In this document: piece after piece, positions 1 through 7,759 of the stretch
Layout: the number at the start of each line of letters is the position of its first letter
Numbering within the stretch: the stretch's first letter is position 1
The notes under the pieces: generated by a model
Seen by the model: only the letters and a program-made list of their open reading frames with translations
What the model was told of the DNA's origin: nothing
The model's database searches: none
Position numbers and translations under genes: made by a program
Source of the DNA: a virus
Virus record (IMG/VR): IMGVR_UViG_3300009648_000002
Location: 1-35,960 of that record
Reading direction: 5' to 3' (one strand)
DNA length: 35,960 bases

Positions 1-123
1 AAAGTATTACAACAAACCATACACAAAAAAGGTGCACATCAAGGCCCTTGTGAAGGAAACTATCAAATCAAAGACCCAAGATGGGGATCCTGTGAAAACA
101 CTCAAACTACTACTCGGCGACGA
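1..123. repeat. Terminal direct repeat, identical to 35838-35960 (circular genome overlap or terminal redundancy)
   Basis: The last 123 nt of the window match the first 123 nt base for base by visual alignment. Confidence 0.85.
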
Positions 124-1822
124 AAGAACAGATAAACTACTCAAATCTATTAAATCCTACAAACTAGACCCTGTCATCTCCATACCCTTCCATGGAGACA
201 GCGAAATCTATCTTGACGACAAGGACAACCGGGTGCTGCTCATTAAGACAATCAACATCAAGGGTAAATCAATCACAGAGGAAAGAATAGTCATAGACGC
301 CTACCCTGAAAGAATATCAATCTATGAATCCCCACTCCCAGGCGAAACACGACAAATCAAGATACAATGGATATCACCAACACAACAAAGATTCACGGAA
401 GGCCCAGCACCATTCGAATATCACATTGAAACACTCAAAGAATCAGGGCGTATATTCTATCACAACGTTTGCAGGGATGTCCTGGCCACCATAATAGGGT
501 GGATGGCCTACAAGGGAAACGCAGTGATTGAAAGGGGAGTTGACACACCCGGATTTTACTACAACGAGAACGAGGGAAAGATATACTCAGTCAAATATGA
601 TATCAAAGACGTCACCGCAGAGGATATCAAGGCATGTGCAGATCTACTCTCAAGTCTCTCAGAATACTTTGATGACCCTGTAAAGCTAGCAACAGTCCTG
701 AAATGGTGTATCATAGCACCATTCAATTATGTGCGTAAACAAGTCGGCGCCCCACTATTCCCCTACCTGTACCTCTATGGGGCTTCAGGTTCAGGGAAAA
801 CGAGCGTCGCGAGGATAGGTCAATACGTTTACACTTACCCCACAAGTGAAAACGATGTCGGAGGATCCAGCTTCGACACAGTAGCAAGGGTAGGTCATAG
901 GATCAGCCAATCAACATTCCCTATAATCATTAATGAACCAAAAGCCTGTTTTGATCGTCCCAGCACTGCTGAGATGATCAAGGTGATGGTCGAATCAACG
1001 ATAGGACGCGGGAGACATGAAGGTAAAGTATTCAAAAACATACCCAGCCTCTCACCAGTCATATTCACTTCAAACCATTACCTGCCACCAGATGACGCAT
1101 TACTGCGACGATTAGAGGTTATTAACTTCGTCCAGTCAGAGCGGAAGAATGATGAGGATTCGAAGGAGTTTAACGAGAAATTCAGGATTAACACGCCACA
1201 TAAGAGTCCGCTCATGGTTCTGAATAATCTTGGGGCATTCGCTGCCAGGGAGTTCATCGAGGACGTGGAGCTCTGCACAGATGATTGGAAGGCCGCTGCG
1301 AACAGTATCATCCTGAGATTCTATGCTGACGCTGGCCTGGAGCCTCCTGAGTGGTTGCTTGGCTGGTCAGAGACAGAGAGTCTTGAGGATGTGGACGATG
1401 ATATCAGGGAACAGGTGAGGATCTTCATTATGGAGCAGATCAACAATGAGGTCAGGAAGGCTAAATGGGTTGACAGTGAAGAATATAATGTTCAAAGGGA
1501 TCTTTCAGGGTCTTTCAGGGTCTCTTTCGCTGAGAAGGCTGAGAATGTCCTGTTGAATGGACTTATACCCTATATGGTCTTACATGAGGGGTATAAGGGG
1601 CGGCGTGTTGTATTTACAGGAGGTTTTAAGGATGCTGTGAACAGGGCGCTTGGTCTGTCGTTGACGTTGAAAGGCCTCTCTGACATCCTGGGTGAGGAAT
1701 GGATGTATGGTTCTGTCAAGGTGTCAGGGAGGGTGATGAAGTGTATGCATATCTGTTTTGATGAGTTTGTTAAGTTTGTTGATTTAAGTGAAATCATGTT
1801 AGAAAAAGAGGAGGATTTTTAG
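32..1822 (+). CDS. Replication protein with SF3-helicase-type NTPase domain; true start is at 35698 across the junction (~653 aa in full)
   Basis: Walker A LYLYGASGSGKTS, Walker B-like FPIIINEP and motif C IFTSNHY at SF3-like spacing; frame is open and continuous with the ORF starting at ATG 35698. Confidence 0.6.
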   Translation: MHIKALVKETIKSKTQDGDPVKTLKLLLGDERTDKLLKSIKSYKLDPVISIPFHGDSEIYLDDKDNRVLLIKTINIKGKSITEERIVIDAYPERISIYESPLPGETRQIKIQWISPTQQRFTEGPAPFEYHIETLKESGRIFYHNVCRDVLATIIGWMAYKGNAVIERGVDTPGFYYNENEGKIYSVKYDIKDVTAEDIKACADLLSSLSEYFDDPVKLATVLKWCIIAPFNYVRKQVGAPLFPYLYLYGASGSGKTSVARIGQYVYTYPTSENDVGGSSFDTVARVGHRISQSTFPIIINEPKACFDRPSTAEMIKVMVESTIGRGRHEGKVFKNIPSLSPVIFTSNHYLPPDDALLRRLEVINFVQSERKNDEDSKEFNEKFRINTPHKSPLMVLNNLGAFAAREFIEDVELCTDDWKAAANSIILRFYADAGLEPPEWLLGWSETESLEDVDDDIREQVRIFIMEQINNEVRKAKWVDSEEYNVQRDLSGSFRVSFAEKAENVLLNGLIPYMVLHEGYKGRRVVFTGGFKDAVNRALGLSLTLKGLSDILGEEWMYGSVKVSGRVMKCMHICFDEFVKFVDLSEIMLEKEEDF

Positions 1823-1834
1823 GTGAACCTAAGA

Positions 1835-2119
1835 GGTAACCTGAAGGTAACCCAAAGTAACCTCAACCATGAGGTTACCTTTAGAGGCCTGGAGAGCCTT
1901 TTTTTCAGTAAAAAGGAGTTCTCTGCGATTTCCGAAAAAGGTAACCTGAACCTGAGGGGTGATACCCTATACTCAGAAAAAACTGGTCAAACCCTTAAGT
2001 TACCTTGGTTACCAAGTTACCTTTTATATATGGGTTACCAAAGTTACTTTGGTTACTTTTCCTCAGAATCCTCAGATAACCCGGAAACCCATCAAAACCC
2101 ATCAAAACCCCGGGTTACC
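1835..2119. repeat. Iteron-like array of at least 11 (G)GTWAC(C) motifs, putative replication origin
   Basis: GGTAACC/GGTTACC copies at 1835, 1846, 1857, 1873, 1940, 1999, 2007, 2016, 2033, 2043, 2051 and 2113; also a tandem acccatcaaa x2 at about 2090-2110 and a T7 run at 1899-1905; sits directly downstream of the Rep gene. Confidence 0.5.
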
Positions 2120-2159
2120 TCAACAAGAACAACCAAAACTGAATATAGAGGTTAGATAG

Positions 2160-2453
2160 ATGAGAAATGATAAAAATGAGAGATTGTGGAACTTTAAGGA
2201 ATTAACCCACTACCTCGGCTACTCCATAAAAGTCAAACCCACCCTAGAAAAACTCGCTAAAAAGAAATACAGAGTCAGCCTAGCCGTCCTCGAAGAATTC
2301 CAGCCACACTTCACACCCACCACAGGTGGAATGAGCCAGACAACCATCGAAATAGGAATATACAGGACAAGGACAGAGTCAATCAAAAAGATCAAAGAGA
2401 TAATCGACACAATAACCATAGAAGACCTCCTCATAGGAGGGATGAAGCAGTGA
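2160..2453 (+). CDS. Hypothetical protein (97 aa)
   Basis: ORF with an RBS-like sequence; its stop overlaps the GTG start of the next gene. Confidence 0.45.
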   Translation: MRNDKNERLWNFKELTHYLGYSIKVKPTLEKLAKKKYRVSLAVLEEFQPHFTPTTGGMSQTTIEIGIYRTRTESIKKIKEIIDTITIEDLLIGGMKQ

Positions 2454-3214
2454 AAACCATAAGACTCACAACCGACAACCCAGCAGGCTTGCACAGCATA
2501 ACACACATGCTGACACAGATAAACGTCGACATTGCCACCATCCACGCCACACCAGAGGCCCTGACACTCGAAGGCATGGACGGGTCACACATCATCTACT
2601 ACAACATCAGGATCACACCAGACTTCTTCACAGACTACAAAGTCCCAGAGAACGAGGAACTATCAGTCCCAGTCGAAGAACTCAACAACATCCTCAAACT
2701 CACAGGGAGAAACAACACAATCACAATCACCAACCATACAGATGACGAGGAGAACACCACGTCCCTCATCGTCACCAGGTCCACAGAGAGAGACGAAACA
2801 AGGTTCACAATACTCTGCCCTGACATAGAATACGCCACCCCAACAGTCGACATGGGCACATTCGAATTAAATGCGACGATCACAGTCAACACAGACATGA
2901 TCACGTCATTCTTCAAAGACGCGGCCCTCACATCCTCTGACGCGATCGAGATCAAAGTCGATGAAGACTACCTGTACCTCATGACACCTGAGGATTACAA
3001 TGGATTCCATGTCATGTCCCGGCAGGGGCATGGTGAGAAAGTCTATGGGGAGTACTTAAGCCAATTCACGATAGAGAAACTCAAACCACTTATCCTCGAC
3101 GGATTTGAGACCGTTACAATCCACGTGGACAACGAGAAACCAATTAAATTAGAGTACTCAGACATTGGGGTTAGAGCGAACCTTCTCCTGGCCCCACGGA
3201 TCATAGGAGAATAA
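2450..3214 (+). CDS. pcn: DNA polymerase sliding clamp (PCNA) homolog
   Basis: 254 aa, typical PCNA length; C-terminal RANLLLAPRIIGE matches the archaeal PCNA C-terminus (compare P. furiosus ...RLTFLLAPRVEE); GTG start preceded by ggaggg. Confidence 0.7.
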   Translation: MKTIRLTTDNPAGLHSITHMLTQINVDIATIHATPEALTLEGMDGSHIIYYNIRITPDFFTDYKVPENEELSVPVEELNNILKLTGRNNTITITNHTDDEENTTSLIVTRSTERDETRFTILCPDIEYATPTVDMGTFELNATITVNTDMITSFFKDAALTSSDAIEIKVDEDYLYLMTPEDYNGFHVMSRQGHGEKVYGEYLSQFTIEKLKPLILDGFETVTIHVDNEKPIKLEYSDIGVRANLLLAPRIIGE

Positions 3215-3230
3215 AGGGAAGGGATTTGTC

Positions 3231-3800
3231 GTGACAACAGTCCACATCAACACAAACGTGAAACTAAGACGCAGAAACCTTAAAAACGCCGTCCTATACA
3301 TCGTCGATAAATACGGGGATGAGATAGGCCTCTCAAGTGATGGTGTCTGTGAAAAAATCATCGAGGAGGGTCTGATGCACAGTAGATCCTCCCCGACCAG
3401 GAAGATGGTAGCATACACGCTCTCACAACTGAAACGTGAGGGTATGGTGAGGGTGGATAACACTACGAGGGGTCCGAGATTCACCCTGGAACCACACGTC
3501 AATGTTCAAGTCCATCAAAGCCCCGCGCCCAGGACTATCTGGGCGGAATTATACATGGAAACCATCCAAGCCCTCAAAGTCTCTGACGAACCTCTCACAA
3601 CCCATGAACTCTTCGAAGTCGTGACAGATAACGGTGAATACAAGGGATATCATCTCACTGAAGAGGAGTATGTGACGAGGGTCATATCACCCCTCTCCTG
3701 TCAGGGTTATCTTATGGAGATAGATGAACCTGAGAGGTGCGCCAGGTGTTGGGGATACCGTGAGAATGGATTCAAAACAAGCAATGAGAGGATGAGTTGA
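3231..3800 (+). CDS. Putative DNA-binding protein with two winged-helix-like segments
   Basis: Segments such as MVAYTLSQLKREGMVRV resemble wHTH recognition helix plus wing; GTG start. Confidence 0.4.
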   Translation: MTTVHINTNVKLRRRNLKNAVLYIVDKYGDEIGLSSDGVCEKIIEEGLMHSRSSPTRKMVAYTLSQLKREGMVRVDNTTRGPRFTLEPHVNVQVHQSPAPRTIWAELYMETIQALKVSDEPLTTHELFEVVTDNGEYKGYHLTEEEYVTRVISPLSCQGYLMEIDEPERCARCWGYRENGFKTSNERMS

Positions 3801-4393
3801 CGGTGATGCTCATGAAATCTGTTGAATTCGCGTCTAAAGAATGGTGGGAGCTGAACAAGAGAGAGTCAAAGAAGATCGAGGACTCAATAATCAGGCTGAG
3901 GAAGGAGGGGTATAAATACGATGAAATCTCTGATGCTCTTAAAGTAAGCAGACAGCGTGTATGGAGAACCCTGTCAAGGCAGGGTTTAGTCCATAATTCA
4001 AGAGATATGGAGGAGATCAGGGCGAATGTTCACAGGCTCTACACGTTGGGGTACACTATACCTGAAATCGCTGCGACTGTTAAGATCAGTAAGAGGTGTG
4101 TGCGTCAACTTGTCAATAAAATTGAATACCCGTACAGGTGGCGTGTAAACCAGGAAGGGAGATTCATGAAGGTGGGATGGGAGCATCCCCGCCCCTTCAC
4201 CATCTTTGAGCTCCATAAAGCCTACAAGCTACACGTTGAGGAGGGGTGGAGTATCCTGAAGCTCATGAAGATCCTCGGTGGCGGATACATGACTGTCAGG
4301 AGGTACATACAAGCATATGGTGCAGGGGAACTCGATGAGGTCTGGGAGGCCTATGATAGGTATCATCGGGGCGGTGACGGTGTTCCTGGATGA
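3797..4393 (+). CDS. HTH-domain protein, putative transcription regulator
   Basis: Two HTH-like segments (YDEISDALKVSRQRVWRTL and YTIPEIAATVKISKRCVRQLV); start overlaps the upstream stop. Confidence 0.45.
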   Translation: MTVMLMKSVEFASKEWWELNKRESKKIEDSIIRLRKEGYKYDEISDALKVSRQRVWRTLSRQGLVHNSRDMEEIRANVHRLYTLGYTIPEIAATVKISKRCVRQLVNKIEYPYRWRVNQEGRFMKVGWEHPRPFTIFELHKAYKLHVEEGWSILKLMKILGGGYMTVRRYIQAYGAGELDEVWEAYDRYHRGGDGVPG

Positions 4394-4412
4394 TTAGATG
4401 ATTTTTCATCGT

Positions 4413-4435
4413 TATAGACATATATAGCGAAGTAT
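4413..4435 (+). promoter_or_regulatory. Putative archaeal promoter (TATA-like element plus conserved 14-mer atatagcgaagtat)
   Basis: tatagacatatatagcgaagtat is 19/23 identical to the motif at 10741-10763; both lie 10-14 nt upstream of an operon start codon. Confidence 0.4.
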
Positions 4436-4448
4436 GGGGAGTGGATAT

Positions 4449-4772
4449 ATGATATACATAGTTACACGGCATCAGAGCACTGTTAACTGGATTAAGGCTA
4501 AACTGAATGGTAAAGGCCTTGACCGGGACGTCTTCGTCGCAGGGCATCTCAGTGATCAGATGATCCTGCAGATGAAGAAGGGTGATGCTGTCTACGGCAT
4601 CCTCCCCATCCACCTCATCAAGAGGTTGCTCCGTAAGGGTGTGGATTATTATCATATGGTCCTACCCGATGTCCCTGAGGAATTCAGGGGTAAGGAGTTG
4701 AGTCTTGAGCAGGTGAAAGCGTTTGGAGGTCAAATATGGAAAATTAGGGATATTGATTGTGTTGAAGTATAA
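4449..4772 (+). CDS. Small protein (107 aa), possible Csx16/VVA1548-like CRISPR-associated (ring-nuclease-like) protein; identity uncertain
   Basis: Start at ATG 4449, in frame with the track ORF from 4434; motifs IVTRH and GILPIHL recall Csx16-family proteins from memory only. Confidence 0.35.
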   Translation: MIYIVTRHQSTVNWIKAKLNGKGLDRDVFVAGHLSDQMILQMKKGDAVYGILPIHLIKRLLRKGVDYYHMVLPDVPEEFRGKELSLEQVKAFGGQIWKIRDIDCVEV

Positions 4773-4799
4773 AAAAAGAAAAAATAGGTTATAGGTGGC

Positions 4800-4985
4800 T
4801 CACCGATCCCGAGGAATAACCCTCCACCGGCCCAAGACGAGGGCCTTCTGGAGGGCCGTGAATTCCTCGGGAGTGATGTCATACTCCCTGAGGAACTCAT
4901 CAAGGGACATCTTGTCCACTATTTCGTGTCTGTTCAAGGTCATCCCAAGAATATGGGATAACCTGAACCTTTTCTCTGTACTCAT
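4800..4985 (-). CDS. Hypothetical small protein (61 aa)
   Basis: Minus-strand ORF preceded by gaggtgagatag-ATG, the RBS pattern used elsewhere in this genome. Confidence 0.45.
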   Translation of the reverse strand: MSTEKRFRLSHILGMTLNRHEIVDKMSLDEFLREYDITPEEFTALQKALVLGRWRVIPRDR

Positions 4986-5004
4986 CTATCTCACCTCAAT
5001 AAAA

Positions 5005-5148
5005 CTACACTATCCTCTTCACCCTGATCTCGAGGAGGACAGCTTCATCATCCTTCATGCCGAGTGCTTCCCTGACGGCTATGGGGATTGATATCCTCCC
5101 CTGCCTGTCAGGTTTGGCGGTGAAGGTGAACTCAGTCACCTTCACCAC
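5005..5148 (-). CDS. AbrB/SpoVT (MazE-like) swapped-hairpin domain protein, 47 aa; sub-threshold gene absent from the ORF track
   Basis: Minus-frame translation VVKVTEFTFTAKPDRQGRISIPIAVREALGMKDDEAVLLEIRVKRIV fits the AbrB/MazE core pattern (GRISIP...RE.LG...D); GTG start preceded by a GAGG-like RBS; overlaps the 3' end of the acidic-protein gene. Confidence 0.45.
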   Translation of the reverse strand: MVKVTEFTFTAKPDRQGRISIPIAVREALGMKDDEAVLLEIRVKRIV

Positions 5149-5389
5149 CCCTCTCGTCGATGTATTTCATGACGCGGTCGAAGAGTTCCTCTGCGGTCTG
5201 ACCATCCTCATAGCTGAGCCAGTGGATGGCTACTGAGTCTTCGTCGAGTTCCTCTGGGTAGTAGAAGTCCTCAACGAGTTTGAGGGCATCCTCAAAGGCC
5301 ATCTCAGCTTCCTCGTATTCTTCCAGGATTTCATCTTTGAGTTCATTGGCGAGCTGGATGATCTCCAGCTCCTCTTTTGTTCTTTTCAT
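5132..5389 (-). CDS. Highly acidic small protein (85 aa)
   Basis: About one third of residues are D/E; intact ORF in the minus-strand operon. Confidence 0.5.
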   Translation of the reverse strand: MKRTKEELEIIQLANELKDEILEEYEEAEMAFEDALKLVEDFYYPEELDEDSVAIHWLSYEDGQTAEELFDRVMKYIDERGGEGD

Positions 5390-5391
5390 GA

Positions 5392-5973
5392 CTATTCCTC
5401 CCTCCTTTCAAGTTCTTCTTCGAGGAGGTTAATCGCCTCCTCAACATATTCAGGGTCAGCCCATTTAAGCTGACCCCGTGCTTCGAGCCATCCGCATAGC
5501 TTCCTATACTTCCCCAGGGTGGTGAGCCCTGGGGCGTGGATTATTCTGTCGATTTCGTACCTGAGAACCCCACGATAAAAGTCCTCGATGAAGGCTATTA
5601 CGCCTTCATCAACCGGGCCCTCCACCCTGTACAGTGGCACAACCCTCCCAGTGGACTCGACGTAAGCGATAACTGTGAGGGTTTCATCCCTCCTGCGGTA
5701 CAGGTAGAGGCCCTCCCGGATCCATGTCCCGGTCCAGTGCCACCGTTCTACCTCCGCAGCCACAAGTATCCTACCCAGCCCCATGTAGGGCTGGTAAAAA
5801 TCAACATCATCCTCGGCGGCTATGCCTCCGACCCTTACGATCTCCCACCCCTTGGCGTTGGGGTGGGACTCCCCTGTTATGGCCTGGGCGAGTTTCCCGG
5901 GCCGTACGAGGAACTCGTCCCCATTTCTTTTGAGGAGGGCTCTGCGCACACCCTCCATGACGTCAGTTTTCAC
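5392..5973 (-). CDS. Hypothetical protein (193 aa)
   Basis: Minus-strand ORF in the GC-rich cassette, immediately upstream of the acidic-protein gene on the same strand. Confidence 0.5.
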   Translation of the reverse strand: MKTDVMEGVRRALLKRNGDEFLVRPGKLAQAITGESHPNAKGWEIVRVGGIAAEDDVDFYQPYMGLGRILVAAEVERWHWTGTWIREGLYLYRRRDETLTVIAYVESTGRVVPLYRVEGPVDEGVIAFIEDFYRGVLRYEIDRIIHAPGLTTLGKYRKLCGWLEARGQLKWADPEYVEEAINLLEEELERREE

Positions 5974-6438
5974 TTATTCCACCTCCTTGAGGTCTACGTT
6001 GTAGACCTCTCCAGCCCTGACCCTGTCGGCCAGGGCCTCTACCTGGGTCGCTGGGGCGGCGACCCAGAAGTGTTCCTCGTCGCAGAGCCCACAGGACCCT
6101 GCGACGAGGACGACCTGGACCCCTGCCTGGGCCAGGTCGAATGCTATGCGGTAGAGGTCTACCGCATGCTCCTCGAGGAGGTCTTCGTCCTCCTCCTGGA
6201 AGTCTGAGAGGTCCCAGAGGACCTCCCAGAACTCCTCCCCCTGTGGGTGGAGTATTTCTTCCCCACCCACAATGGAGATCTCTTCGAGGATGGGGAAGGG
6301 GTTCTCCCCATCCTGGTTGTATTCGCTGATGGCCCTTAGGGCCTCCACGGTGTCTCCCATGGAGGCCCTGAGAAGGGCCCCATGCGCGATCTCTACTTCC
6401 GCGCATATTTCCACAATTTCTTTTCGCATATTCACCAT
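5974..6438 (-). CDS. Hypothetical protein (154 aa), first gene of the minus-strand operon
   Basis: Minus-strand ORF directly upstream of the 193-aa gene; a TATA-like sequence lies upstream on the minus strand around 6516-6530. Confidence 0.5.
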   Translation of the reverse strand: MVNMRKEIVEICAEVEIAHGALLRASMGDTVEALRAISEYNQDGENPFPILEEISIVGGEEILHPQGEEFWEVLWDLSDFQEEDEDLLEEHAVDLYRIAFDLAQAGVQVVLVAGSCGLCDEEHFWVAAPATQVEALADRVRAGEVYNVDLKEVE

Positions 6439-6702
6439 CTACCTCACCTCATTTTCTTGTGGGGTTCAGGTGTTTTCACCTGTACCCCGTTGAGTGTATT
6501 CTGTTGGAGGGAGTATATAAATGTTTTCCTCCCTCCACCTATACACTCCATGATATACCTTATTCTGGATACTAATATATATACTTTTCTATTCCTCGTT
6601 TACTTTTAATAGCAGAACAAAAAGAGACTAAAACATGAAACTCAGCACAATGTACGCTAAAGCAACAAAAAAAGAACTAAGACCAGGAAAAGAACAAGGA
6701 AC
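6439..6702. promoter_or_regulatory. Divergent AT-rich intergenic region with TATA-like boxes for the leftward and rightward operons
   Basis: AT-rich with tatataaa and aatatatatac elements between oppositely oriented gene blocks. Confidence 0.4.
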
Positions 6703-7257
6703 GTGCTGCATATGCCACGAACAGACAAGGAAGGACACAAAAAAAGATTAGGTCAAACCTTCACAACAACCGACCAGACAAGCAGGGGAGACGTCATCTG
6801 CCCCTACTGCATGACACTCAAAAAAGACAGCAACAAACTCCGCAGGACAATGTGGATCCTCACAGAAGACAAATTCCACCCATTCAAACGCCCAGAACTC
6901 CCACAGATCCTCAAAGAACCACCAGACAAACCATACTACCTCTACCTGACAAGGACGTACAAGAAGATAGGCTGGATAATCATGGACGGCCTCCTGAACC
7001 AACCCAACCAGAAGATCATCAGATTAGCCTGTGACATGGAAACACATACACTAAGCCGTGAATTAGCAGTCCAGACCATAGAATGGATTAACGAGCTCAG
7101 AGAAAAATACAGAATCAGTAAGACGGAGATGAAGACTGGTGATGTGAACCCAGGGAAACTACAGGACATGACCGTCAGGGAAGCCAGGAACCTGAACATC
7201 ACCCTAAACAAATTGAAGGGTAACCCCACATGGGAGTTACTCATAGACATGGCATAA
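6703..7257 (+). CDS. Hypothetical protein (184 aa)
   Basis: ORF following the divergent promoter region. Confidence 0.45.
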   Translation: MLHMPRTDKEGHKKRLGQTFTTTDQTSRGDVICPYCMTLKKDSNKLRRTMWILTEDKFHPFKRPELPQILKEPPDKPYYLYLTRTYKKIGWIIMDGLLNQPNQKIIRLACDMETHTLSRELAVQTIEWINELREKYRISKTEMKTGDVNPGKLQDMTVREARNLNITLNKLKGNPTWELLIDMA

Positions 7258-7278
7258 TATTAGAGAGGTGAAAAAGGG

Positions 7279-7410
7279 ATGACCCAAAAGAAGAACCCGG
7301 CACCCATCCTCGTCAGGATAGGGGTATGGGTGACCATGATCTGCCTGGGAATAGTACTATTCTTCGTAGTCCTGGGCCTAATATCCGCAATACTTGGAGG
7401 AGGCGTATAG
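7279..7410 (+). CDS. Small hydrophobic (single transmembrane) protein, 43 aa; absent from the ORF track
   Basis: ATG preceded by gaggtgaaaaaggg; translation MTQKKNPAPILVRIGVWVTMICLGIVLFFVVLGLISAILGGGV; fills the gap between flanking genes exactly. Confidence 0.4.
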   Translation: MTQKKNPAPILVRIGVWVTMICLGIVLFFVVLGLISAILGGGV

Positions 7411-7411
7411 G

Positions 7412-7759
7412 ATGACTGATGAGAAGACTGAAAACGCCCTCGCAAAGTGCCTTGCGATGACGTATAGGAACATTGAATGGAAGAAAGTTGGTGTGAAATC
7501 AGCGTACACATACTTCACAGACCGTGTGCGCGCAGCAAGCCGCATGAGCACCATCACATCCTTCCTAGAAGAACTAAACAGGATGTGCGGTGTCAGCTTC
7601 ACCCAGCACAGCCTCAAAGACATAAACACACTCAAAGAGAACGAAGACGAAGCCCTGAACCTACTCAGACATGAGACAAACTACGCAGTCCTACTCGCCC
7701 TGGAAGTTGTTGAGAAACTCAAAATGAAGAAAGCAGAGGATGAAGGTGATGAAGTATGA
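7412..7759 (+). CDS. Small alpha-helical protein (115 aa) immediately upstream of the RAMP gene
   Basis: ATG 7412 preceded by ggaggagg; stop overlaps the RAMP start (ATGA). Confidence 0.45.
   Translation: MTDEKTENALAKCLAMTYRNIEWKKVGVKSAYTYFTDRVRAASRMSTITSFLEELNRMCGVSFTQHSLKDINTLKENEDEALNLLRHETNYAVLLALEVVEKLKMKKAEDEGDEV

Noticed and set aside
1823-2159. Track ORFs 1823-2155 and 1959-2159 (110 and 66 aa) as protein-coding genes
   Set aside because: They run through the GGTWACC repeat field; their low-complexity, repeat-driven translations and lack of an RBS make a non-coding origin/iteron region more likely.
4795-5091. Plus-strand ORF 4795-5091 (98 aa)
   Set aside because: It overlaps the minus-strand 61-aa gene and the AbrB-like gene, both of which have RBS contexts and sensible products; it has no RBS.
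5536-6406. Plus-strand ORFs 5536-6207, 5724-5933, 5822-6004, 6141-6329 and minus ORF 5963-6406, with Pro/Arg/Gly-rich translations
   Set aside because: They lie antisense or out of frame to the coherent minus-strand genes 5392-5973 and 5974-6438 in a GC-rich stretch where long spurious ORFs are expected.
6600-6700. tRNA or other small RNA gene in the larger intergenic regions (6440-6700, 33909-34023, 35502-35697)
   Set aside because: The regions are AT-rich and lack the GC-rich stems and conserved T-loop GTTC-type sequence expected for tRNA; none seen by eye.
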